Below the pieces are notes generated by a model. It was not told where the DNA came from and did no database searches. It saw only the letters and a list, made by a program, of their open reading frames with translations. From an uncultured Candidatus Rokubacteria bacterium (GTDB taxonomy: Bacteria; Methylomirabilota; Methylomirabilia; Rokubacteriales; CSP1-6), in the NCBI GenBank assembly GCA_963747235.1, contig CAVVEU010000015.1, forward strand, positions 32,001-96,000: a stretch of DNA of 64,000 nucleotides, written 5' to 3'. Of the stretch, positions 28,705-36,730 are shown piece by piece. Within the stretch, counting starts at the first letter, position 1. Each line of letters starts with the position of its first letter. Made by a program: the position numbers and the translations under genes.

Positions 28705-31700
28705 GTGGCAGACTCCAGTCCCCGGTTCGCGCTGAAGCGCATCTTCTCCTTCTCGCGCTCTGCCTCCACGCGCGGCCTCACCCCCAGCCAGCCCGCCCTC
28801 GCCACCGGCGTGATGAGCGAGGACGTGCTCACCGGCGCGTCGCGGCGGTCCTGGGTCGCGCGGATGCGCGAGCTGCTGCACCGGCGGTACGTCCTCTTCC
28901 CGCTGATCGTGGTGGTCCTGGCCCTCGCCACGCTCGTGGAGGTGCGCACCTCCACGATGCAGGCCCTCGTGCTCTCGCGCGCGGCCGCCTGGCTGACCTA
29001 CCGCGTGGACGCGGGCCCGAGCAAGGCCATCCGCTTCCCGCGGACCGGCCCCTACGACGAGCGGCTCGGCTACACCCGCCTCGGCGGCTTCGTCGAGCGG
29101 CTCGAGGGCGCGGGCTACCGCGTCGAGCGCCAGGCGCGGCTCTCGCCCGGCCTCGACCGGCTCGCCGCGTGGGGCGTCGCGCTGCCCTACCGGGAGAAGA
29201 CGCGCGCGGGGCTCGCGGTCCTCGATCGGGAGGAGAAGCCGCTCTACGCCACGCGCTACCCCGAGGAGGTCTACGAGCGCTTCGAGGCGGTGCCGACCCT
29301 CCTCGTCAACACCGTGCTCTTCATCGAGAACCGCGAGCTCCTGGACGCGGGCCACCCCTTCCGCAACCCGGTGGTGGACTGGCGGCGGCTCGCCAAGGCG
29401 GTGGGGGTCGAGACGCTCGGGCGCCTGGGCGGCGAGCGGCACTCCATCGGGGCGAGCACGCTGCCCACCCAGCTCGAGAAGCTCCGGCACTCGCCGGACG
29501 GGCGCACGCGCCACCCGGGCGACAAGCTGCACCAGATGATCACGGCGAGCCTGCGCGCCTACCAGGGCGGCGTGCAGACGCGGGCCGCGCGCCGGCAGAT
29601 CCTGGTGGACTATCTCGACTCGCTCCCCCTCGCCGCCGCGCCCGGTCACGGCGAGGTGCACGGCATGGGCGACGGCCTGCGCGTCTGGTACGGTCTCGAC
29701 TTCGCGGAGGCCAACGCGCTCCTCGAGGCCAAGCCCGGGGTCTCCGACGCGGCGCGGGCCCGCGTCTTCAAGCGCGCGCTCAGCCTCATCCTCGCGGTGC
29801 GGCGGCCCTACCACTACCTGGTCGAGAACCCGCGCGGCCTCGAGGAGTTCACCGACAGCTACCTGCGCGTGATGGCCCGCGCGGGCGTGATCGACGCGCG
29901 GCTGCGCGACGCCGCGCTCGCGGAGCGGCTCGAGCCGCGCGCGGGCAGCGGGCCCGCCACGATGGCCTTCGTGGAGCGCAAGGGCGCCAACCTGGTGCGC
30001 AGCCGGCTCACCACCCTGCTGAACGTGCCCGCCCTCTACGATCTCGACCGGCTCGACGTCACCGCCTACAGCACGCTGGACGCGCCCGGCCAGGCGGCGG
30101 CCTCGCGGCTCCTGCGGTCGCTGCGCGAGCCCGCGACCCTCGAGCGCCTCGGGCTCGTGGGCGAGAAGCTCCTGGGCGGCGGCGATCCCGCGCGCGTGCT
30201 CTACAGCGTCACGATCTACGAGCGCGGCCCCCACGCCAACCGGATCCGCATCCAGACCGACAACCTCGACCAGCCGCTCGACATCAACGGGGGCGCGCGG
30301 ATCGACCTGGGCTCCACCGCCAAGCTCCGCACCCTGATCTCGTATCTCGAGGCGATCGCGGTGCTCCACGACCGGTACGCCCGCCTCGCGCCGGCCGAGC
30401 TGGCCGCGGCGCGCCCGCATCCCAAGGACCGCATGGGCGCGTGGGCGCTCGAGTACCTCACCGCCGCGCGCGGGACCGACAAGACGCTCCAGGCCATGCT
30501 CGAGGCCTCGCTCGAGCGCAAGTACTCCGCGAGCCCGGCGGAGGCCTTCTTCACCGGCGGCGGGCTCCACACCTTCGGCAACTTCGACCGCGAGGACGAC
30601 CGCAAGGTGATGACGATCCGCGAGGCCTTCCAGAACTCGGTGAACCTCGTCTTCATCCGCCTGATGCGCGACGTGGTCACCAACCACCTCTACGGCTCCG
30701 AGAGCTCGCTGGCGGTGCGCCTGGCCGATCCCCTCGACCCGCGCCGCGATCGCTACCTGACCCGCTTCGCGGATCGGGAGGGCAGCGAGTTCGTCCGGCG
30801 CTTCTACCGGAAGTACCAGGGCCTGGCCCTCGACGCCCAGCTCGAGCTCGTGCTGAGCGGCGCGCGCGCCACCCCCAACGGGCTGGCCACCGCGCTGCGC
30901 TCGGTGTACCCCGAGGTCAGCTTCGAGGTCTTCCGCGAGATGCTCACCCCGCGCTTGCCCGGCCGCGGCCTGTCCGACAAGATGATCGAGGAGCTCTACG
31001 AGCGGGCGGACCCGCAGGCGATGCCGCTCGCCGATCGCGGCTACGTGGCCGGCGTGCATCCCCTCGAGCTGTGGCTCGCGGGCTACCTGCGGCGGCACCC
31101 GGGCGCGGGCATCACGCAGGTGGTGCGGGCCAGCAGCGCCGAGCGCCAGGCCGTCTACGGCTGGCTCTTCTTCACGCGCCACCGCAACGCGCAGGACAAT
31201 CGCATCGCGAGCCTGCTCGAGATCGAGGCCTTCCTCGATCTGCACCGGAGCTGGGAGCGGCTGGGCTATCCGTTCGCGTCGCTCACCCCGTCGCTCGCCA
31301 CCGCCATCGGCAGCTCCGGCGATCGTCCGGCCGCGCTCGCCGAGCTGATGGGCATCATCCTGAACGACGGCGTCCGCCTCCCCACCGTGCTCGTGGACGG
31401 CGTGGACTTCGGGGTGGGCACGCCCTACGAGACGCACATGGGCCGCGCGGAGGTGCCCGCGACGCAGGTGCTGGCGCCCGAGGTGGCCACGGTGGTGCGC
31501 GGCATGCTGACCCAGGTGGTCGAGCAGGGCACCGCGCGCGGCCTCCGGCCCGCGCTCGCGCAGCCGGGCGGCACCCCGCACCTGGCGGGCGGCAAGACCG
31601 GCACCGGCGATCACCGCTACTTCGTCTACGCCAAGAACGGCGCGGTGGTGGAATCGCGCGTGGTGAGCCGCGCCGCGACCTTCGTCTTCATGCTCGACAA

Positions 31701-31863
31701 CCGCTACTTCGGCACCGTCACCGCCTACGTGCCGGGGCCCGAGGCCGCGCGGTTCCACTTCACGAGCGCGCTGCCCGTGCGCGTCACCGGGCTGCTCATG
31801 CCCACGCTCGACCGCCTCTCCTCGCCGGCGCCTGCTCCCGCGGCTGCGTCCGCCTCGCCTTAG
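28705..31863 (+). CDS. Large class A PBP-like transglycosylase/transpeptidase
   Basis: TM, FIENRE, GASTLPTQLEK (transglycosylase); STAK (SxxK), SVN (SxN), KTG (transpeptidase). Confidence 0.82.
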   Translation: MADSSPRFALKRIFSFSRSASTRGLTPSQPALATGVMSEDVLTGASRRSWVARMRELLHRRYVLFPLIVVVLALATLVEVRTSTMQALVLSRAAAWLTYRVDAGPSKAIRFPRTGPYDERLGYTRLGGFVERLEGAGYRVERQARLSPGLDRLAAWGVALPYREKTRAGLAVLDREEKPLYATRYPEEVYERFEAVPTLLVNTVLFIENRELLDAGHPFRNPVVDWRRLAKAVGVETLGRLGGERHSIGASTLPTQLEKLRHSPDGRTRHPGDKLHQMITASLRAYQGGVQTRAARRQILVDYLDSLPLAAAPGHGEVHGMGDGLRVWYGLDFAEANALLEAKPGVSDAARARVFKRALSLILAVRRPYHYLVENPRGLEEFTDSYLRVMARAGVIDARLRDAALAERLEPRAGSGPATMAFVERKGANLVRSRLTTLLNVPALYDLDRLDVTAYSTLDAPGQAAASRLLRSLREPATLERLGLVGEKLLGGGDPARVLYSVTIYERGPHANRIRIQTDNLDQPLDINGGARIDLGSTAKLRTLISYLEAIAVLHDRYARLAPAELAAARPHPKDRMGAWALEYLTAARGTDKTLQAMLEASLERKYSASPAEAFFTGGGLHTFGNFDREDDRKVMTIREAFQNSVNLVFIRLMRDVVTNHLYGSESSLAVRLADPLDPRRDRYLTRFADREGSEFVRRFYRKYQGLALDAQLELVLSGARATPNGLATALRSVYPEVSFEVFREMLTPRLPGRGLSDKMIEELYERADPQAMPLADRGYVAGVHPLELWLAGYLRRHPGAGITQVVRASSAERQAVYGWLFFTRHRNAQDNRIASLLEIEAFLDLHRSWERLGYPFASLTPSLATAIGSSGDRPAALAELMGIILNDGVRLPTVLVDGVDFGVGTPYETHMGRAEVPATQVLAPEVATVVRGMLTQVVEQGTARGLRPALAQPGGTPHLAGGKTGTGDHRYFVYAKNGAVVESRVVSRAATFVFMLDNRYFGTVTAYVPGPEAARFHFTSALPVRVTGLLMPTLDRLSSPAPAPAAASASP

Positions 31864-31903
31864 CCTCGCGCGCTCGTCTTACCTGACCCGTCGGGCGGGA
31901 CGC

Positions 31904-32038
31904 CGGGGGGCGGGGGCCCTCCCGGGAACACGCTGAGTCGCATTGCCCCGGGGCCACTCTGACGAGCCACGAGATGGGGCGCGATTCGCTTCGCTTACGC
32001 GCAGAAGACACGGTTCCCGGGAGGGCCCCCGCCCCCCG
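31904..32038. repeat. Perfect 26-bp inverted repeat enclosing an 83-bp structured core (MITE-like or sRNA)
   Basis: CGGGGGGCGGGGGCCCTCCCGGGAAC (31904-31929) is the exact reverse complement of 32013-32038; inner GAGTCGC/GCGATTC and GCCCC/GGGGC pairings. Confidence 0.75.
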
Positions 32039-32093
32039 ACGCCCCACCCTATGCGCCATCGCAGCGACAGCGGTCTTGGGACGGGCGCTTCGA

Positions 32094-32194
32094 GCGCGGG
32101 CTTCGCCCGCGCAATCCTGTTTATAGGGGGGAGGCAGGAAGGAGTGCGCCGCAGGCGCGCGACGACCGTCGGAGGGGGGCAAAGCCCCCCTCCG
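32094..32194. repeat. Cluster of short tetraloop hairpins (REP-like; possible terminators between convergent genes)
   Basis: GCGCGGGC-TTCG-CCCGCGC and CGGAGGGGGGC-AAA-GCCCCCCTCCG. Confidence 0.55.
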
Positions 32195-32196
32195 GC

Positions 32197-33038
32197 TCAG
32201 AACACTTCGTCGCGTTCGCCGAATTCGAACTGGTAGGTGGTCTCGTCCAGCTCGGTGGCGGTGACGAGCTGCTTGCGGGCCAGGAGAGTCTTCGAAGGTC
32301 TGGAGCCAGATCTCGTAGTAGACGAACGGGGCCGGGGCGGGTTTCGGCGGCGGCGATCTGGGCGATGAGGGTCTGGCGGAATTCCTCCCAGTCGTAGAGG
32401 CCGCGCTCGTGGAGCGCGACGGCCATGCCGAAGACGCGGCCCTGCCAGGGCTCCTCGAAGACCAGCTCGCCGTTCTTGCGCGGCAGCGCGGCCTGGCCCT
32501 CCATGACCGCGACCACGCGGTCCACCGTGAGGTCCTGGCCCTCCGCGGTCATCCCGGAGGGCATGGACTCGCAGGCGTGGGCCTGGCGCCCGCGCCAGAG
32601 GCGCGCGTCGTCCACCGGCTGGCCGTCGGGGCGCGCCTGCCAGGCGGAGGCGGTGAACTGGTACGGCGCGAGCGCGGGCGGCGGCGGCAGGCACGCGTCG
32701 GCGTCCAGCATGGCCTCGACGTGATCGTAGAGCGCGACGGCGAGCGCGTCCGAGTCGATCGAGTGGAACCACTGGGCCTGGCCGTCGCAGAGCAGGAGCG
32801 CCACGTTGGCGAGCGCGCAGGGCCCGAGGCAGCCGCCGATGGTCAGGTGGATGACGTTGCGGAGCCGCCGCCGCTCCCATTCGCGGTGGAAGGTCTCGGT
32901 CGGGACCGGCGCGAAGCCGTCCTCGGTGCGGCCGCAGCAGCAGCCGGTGGCGCAGATGAAGAGCTGGCCCCGGAAGCGCGCCACGTTCACGCGCCGCCCG
33001 TCGCGGCGCACCACGATGTTGCGCCGGCGCTCGTACAC
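32197..33038 (-). CDS. Fusion of thioredoxin-like (2Fe-2S) ferredoxin domain and nitrile hydratase accessory protein (P14K-like); frameshifts near 32290-32335
   Basis: N-terminal CATGCCCG...GGCLGPCALANV; C-terminal LPRKNGELVFEEPWQGRVFGMAVAL...WEEFRQTLI...YYEIWL..LLARKQLV; junction between the two domains is in frame. Confidence 0.8.
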
Positions 33039-33052
33039 GGAGCCGTCGCCGC

Positions 33053-33646
33053 TCAGGGGGCGGTCGCGCGCGGCTCGGCCACGCCGATGAGCGCGTCGCG
33101 GGTGATCAGCGGCACCAGCTCCGCTTCCCCCAGGCCCTCGGTGCCCGCCGGCCGGATCGGCAGCACCATGTAGCGCATCTCCGCGCTCGAGTCCCACACC
33201 CGGATCTCGCGCTCCGCCGGCACCGCGAGGCCCATCTCCTGGAGGATCGCCCGCGGCTCGCTGACCGCGCGCGAGCGGTAGGCCGGCATCTTGTACCAGG
33301 TGGGCGGCAGCCCCAGCACCGGCCACGGGTAACAGGAGCAGAGCGTGCACACCACCAGGTTGTGCACCGCGTCCGTGTTCTCGACCACCATCAGCATCTC
33401 GTAGTCGAGATTGAACTGCCCGAGGGCGGCCTTCGGGTCGTCCAGGAGCAGGCGCCGGTAGTCGGGATCGGTCCACGCCTTCGCCACCGCGCGGGCGCCC
33501 ACCATCGGGCCGGTGTCCGCCTCGTAGCGCTGGATCACCCGGTCCACCGCGTCGGGGGCCAGGATGCCCTTCTCGAGCAGCAGCGACTCGAGCGCGCGCA
33601 CGCGGGAGACGATGTAGGGATCGACGTTGGGGTGGTTCTTGCCCAT
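33053..33646 (-). CDS. nthA: Cobalt-type nitrile hydratase alpha subunit
   Basis: RVRALESLLLEKG, GARAVAKAWTDP, metal site VVCTLCSCYPW (Thr indicates Co type), GLPPTWYK, VWDSSAEMRYMVLP. Confidence 0.95.
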   Translation of the reverse strand: MGKNHPNVDPYIVSRVRALESLLLEKGILAPDAVDRVIQRYEADTGPMVGARAVAKAWTDPDYRRLLLDDPKAALGQFNLDYEMLMVVENTDAVHNLVVCTLCSCYPWPVLGLPPTWYKMPAYRSRAVSEPRAILQEMGLAVPAEREIRVWDSSAEMRYMVLPIRPAGTEGLGEAELVPLITRDALIGVAEPRATAP

Positions 33647-33651
33647 CCGAC

Positions 33652-34338
33652 TTACCTCCCGGGCAGGAGATAGCTCTCCCAGAGATCGATGTGCACGGCC
33701 TGGTTCGGCTCCGCCGACTCGCCCCACAGCTCGCGCGCGTCGAAGCGCACGCTGTAGAGCGGCTGCGGCTGCTCGCCCTGGCCGTGGGCGTTGGTGTCGG
33801 GGAACACGTGGATGCCGTGGCAGCAATGGATGACCCCGCGCTTGCCGCGCGCGTAGCGCGGCAGCCGCGTGTGCCCGTGCGGGTGCATCTCGCGCGTGAG
33901 CACGGCCTCGCCCGGCGCGAAGCGGGGCGCGGCCCCGGTCTCGCGGATGAAGTCCGTGACCCATCGCGGATTGACCTTGGAGGCGCCGCGCGAGGCCGGC
34001 GGCCCGGAGAGCGCGGCCGCCGCGGAGGCGTCCGGCTTCTCCTCGAAGAAGGTCCGGCGCGTCGCCAGCTCCTCCGCGCCCACCACGCCCTTCTCGACCA
34101 GCAGGCGCGTGATCCCCTCGAGCCACTTCTCGTAGTAGGTCGCGCGCAGGTAGTGGGCGGGCGCCATGCGCTCGATGCCGTGGCGGAACTCGTCGATGTT
34201 GAAGACCCCACGCGAGCGGCCCGCGTGCTGCATGGCCAGCACCACCGCCTCCCAGGCCGCGTGGAACGTGGGCTCGTCCGCCTCGCGCTCGACCGGCCCG
34301 AAGCCCTGCATCCCCCCCAGATCGTGGACGCCGTCCAT
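33652..34338 (-). CDS. nthB: Nitrile hydratase beta subunit
   Basis: MDGVHDLGGMQGFG, FRHGIERM, YYEKW, HTRLPRYARGKRG, LYSVRF..ELWG, DLWESYL. Confidence 0.95.
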   Translation of the reverse strand: MDGVHDLGGMQGFGPVEREADEPTFHAAWEAVVLAMQHAGRSRGVFNIDEFRHGIERMAPAHYLRATYYEKWLEGITRLLVEKGVVGAEELATRRTFFEEKPDASAAAALSGPPASRGASKVNPRWVTDFIRETGAAPRFAPGEAVLTREMHPHGHTRLPRYARGKRGVIHCCHGIHVFPDTNAHGQGEQPQPLYSVRFDARELWGESAEPNQAVHIDLWESYLLPGR

Positions 34339-34354
34339 ACGCCGCGATTCTACC

Positions 34355-34927
34355 TCAGTGGGTGCGCGGAGGCTCGGCGTGGGCGGGCGGCGGCTCCGCG
34401 GGCACCCCGGCGTGGCGGGCGCGCAGGGCCATCCAGAGCTCGAGGCGCGACCAGTCGGGCGTGTCCACGTAGCGGCCGCGCGCGGGGTCGATCCACGGGT
34501 TCGGCAGGAACACGGTCAGCATCTGCTCGTCGCGGCCGTTCCAGAGGCGCAGGCCCCAGGAGCTGGGCCGCCCCGCCCGGTCGCGGTTCTGGAAGAACGC
34601 GGCGCGGGCGCAGCGGCGCCACTCGGCCAGCGCGGGCGGCGTGGGCAGCCCGGGCGAGCCCTGGTGCGGGCCGATGCAGAGGTGGAAGTGCCAGGATTCG
34701 CTCCCCTCGACCTGCACGGTCACGTAGCCGTCGAGCAGGGAGAGCCGGGGCCGCTGGCCGAACCGGCCCTCGAACACCGCGCCCTCGATGCACGGGCCGA
34801 AGATCACGTGCTCCCAGTGCTCCTCGAAGACCTCGCGGAGCAGGGCGAGCAGCGCCGCCTCGGTGCACTCGATCGCGAAGTACTCGGTGCGGGTGCCGTC
34901 GAGATTGTCCGCCACCGTCATGGACAT
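34355..34927 (-). CDS. Hypothetical protein, possibly HutX/ChuX-like fold
   Basis: FGPCIEGAVFE, DGYVTV, WHFHLCIG, SWGLRLWNGRDEQMLTVFLPNP; closely coupled to the upstream gene; fold call is inference. Confidence 0.65.
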   Translation of the reverse strand: MSMTVADNLDGTRTEYFAIECTEAALLALLREVFEEHWEHVIFGPCIEGAVFEGRFGQRPRLSLLDGYVTVQVEGSESWHFHLCIGPHQGSPGLPTPPALAEWRRCARAAFFQNRDRAGRPSSWGLRLWNGRDEQMLTVFLPNPWIDPARGRYVDTPDWSRLELWMALRARHAGVPAEPPPAHAEPPRTH

Positions 34928-34931
34928 CGCA

Positions 34932-35561
34932 TCAATGCTCACGCTGGCCCACCCGCGCGGCGGTCAGGGCGCGCCGGTCCACCCGTGACAGCGCGCGCGC
35001 CATGGCGGGCCGCAGCAGCCTGGTGTGCGGGATGTCGAGCAGGTACTCGGCGATCCACCAGAGATCCTCCTCGGTCGTCATCCAGCCGGGCCGCCGGCGA
35101 TCGAAGCGCGCGAGATCGACCGGGCGCGAGTAGGCGCGCAGGGTGCGGTCGCCCCGCAGGTTGATGTAGCCGTCGAAGTAGCTCATGACCAGCTCCCGTA
35201 CGCTCCGGTGCACCGGCTCGCGATAGCGCAGCCCCGAGAAGTTGGACTTGGCGATGGCGCCCCAGTGCCCGCGGCTCCGGAACACCGCCACCACGTGATC
35301 GGTGTCCTGCACCGCTTCCAGATCCAGCAGGAGCGGCGGGAAGCCGAGCACGCGCAGCGCCGCCGCCGCGAACACCGCGCCCTCCAGGCAATGCGCGGTG
35401 CGCTCGCGCAGCACCCGGCGCGGCGACCAGGCAGTGCCCGCCAGGTGATACGGCATGGCGTCGAGCGCCCGCTGGATGCCGATCGGGCTCCGGAGCGATC
35501 GCAGCGCGCGCAGCTCGCGCGGCGTGAAGCCCGGGGCCGTCGTGGAGCGGACCGCGCTCAG
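34932..35561 (-). CDS. Hypothetical protein, transglutaminase/papain-like Cys-His candidate; start uncertain (possible CTG)
   Basis: SPRRVL..RTAHCLEGAVFAAAAL, DTDHVVAVF, WGAIAKSNFSGLRYREPV. Confidence 0.65.
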   Translation of the reverse strand: MSAVRSTTAPGFTPRELRALRSLRSPIGIQRALDAMPYHLAGTAWSPRRVLRERTAHCLEGAVFAAAALRVLGFPPLLLDLEAVQDTDHVVAVFRSRGHWGAIAKSNFSGLRYREPVHRSVRELVMSYFDGYINLRGDRTLRAYSRPVDLARFDRRRPGWMTTEEDLWWIAEYLLDIPHTRLLRPAMARALSRVDRRALTAARVGQREH

Positions 35562-36691
35562 AGCCGGTAGAGCTCCCGGGCATTGTCGCAGAGGATGCGC
35601 CGGCGGGTCGCCTCGGGCACGCCCCGGAAGTTCTCCTCGATGGCCTGCCGCGACTCCGGCCACGTGCTGTCGGCGTGCGGGTAGTCGGAGGCCCACATCA
35701 CGCGGCCCGCGCCGAGCGTATCCACCAGGCGCAGCCCGACCAGGTCGAGCTGGAACGTGGCCCAGACCTGGCGCTTCCAGTACTCGCTGGGCGGCATGGT
35801 GAGCCGCAGGCCGCCGTGCGCGCGCCAGTACTCCGCCGCGTCCAGGAAGCGCTGGTAGGTGTCGTCCATGCGCTCGAGCATGTACGGCAGCCAGCCGATG
35901 CCGGTCTCGGCCAGCACGATGCGCAGCCCGGGGTGCCGCTCGAGCGCGCCGGAGAAGATCACCGCGGCGAGCGGCTCGTCCATCTGGAGCGTCGAGCACG
36001 CCACCCGCACGCCCATGTTGCCGGGATCGGCGGCCTTGGGCCCGCTGAAGGTCACGGTGCGCAGCCCGCCGCCCAGGTGGAAGCCGATCGGCAGCCCGGT
36101 CTCCGCGGCGGCTTCCCACAGCGGCTCCCACGCCTCGTCCCAGAGCGGCAGCTCGGCCCGCGCGGCGAGGAACATGCCGGTGCGCAGCCCGAGCTGGGCG
36201 AGCGAGCGCACCTCGTCGGCCGCGACCTTCGGGTCGTCGATCGGGATCAGCCCGGCGCCGATCAGCCGCTCGGGGGCGGTGGCGCAGAACTCGGCGAGCC
36301 ACTCGTTGTAGGCGTGGTAGCAGATCTGGCGCAGCGCGGGATCCTTGATCAGCAGGGGCACGATGGGCCCGTACATCACGGTGGCGTCCACCCCGTCGCG
36401 GTCCATGTCGGCCAGGCGCAGCGCGGTGGTGGTCGGGCGCAGCACGCCCGGCTCGAGCACACCGCCCTTCTCCAGCGCGAGCCGCCGCCCGCCCATGGAG
36501 CCCGCGACGCCCTTGCGCCCGCCCCACGGATCCCAGCGCTCGTCGCCGCAGACCCAGTAGGGCCCGGCGTCCGTCTCGATCACGCGGGGCGCGCGCTCGC
36601 GCCACGCCTGCGGCACCCGCTGCTGCCAGAGATCGCGCGGCAGCCACTGCATGTCGATGTGGTCGTCGGCCGAGATGATCCGGTAGTTCAT
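35558..36691 (-). CDS. Amidohydrolase_2 family protein (decarboxylase/hydratase-like)
   Basis: ISADDH, RLADMDRDGVDA, AYNEWLAEFC, FHLG, AETGIGWLPY, MWASDYPHADSTWP. Confidence 0.9.
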   Translation of the reverse strand: MNYRIISADDHIDMQWLPRDLWQQRVPQAWRERAPRVIETDAGPYWVCGDERWDPWGGRKGVAGSMGGRRLALEKGGVLEPGVLRPTTTALRLADMDRDGVDATVMYGPIVPLLIKDPALRQICYHAYNEWLAEFCATAPERLIGAGLIPIDDPKVAADEVRSLAQLGLRTGMFLAARAELPLWDEAWEPLWEAAAETGLPIGFHLGGGLRTVTFSGPKAADPGNMGVRVACSTLQMDEPLAAVIFSGALERHPGLRIVLAETGIGWLPYMLERMDDTYQRFLDAAEYWRAHGGLRLTMPPSEYWKRQVWATFQLDLVGLRLVDTLGAGRVMWASDYPHADSTWPESRQAIEENFRGVPEATRRRILCDNARELYRL

Positions 36692-36730
36692 GCGGGCTCT
36701 CTCCATGTGCGGGCTCGGGGCGCGATCGGG

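Noticed and set aside
31959-31990. Hammerhead-like CTGACGA core
   Set aside because: No GAAA after a stem II and no convincing three-way junction
33053-33646. NHase alpha as an NHLP RiPP precursor
   Set aside because: Intact CTLCSC metal site, full length, and cognate beta subunit indicate a true enzyme
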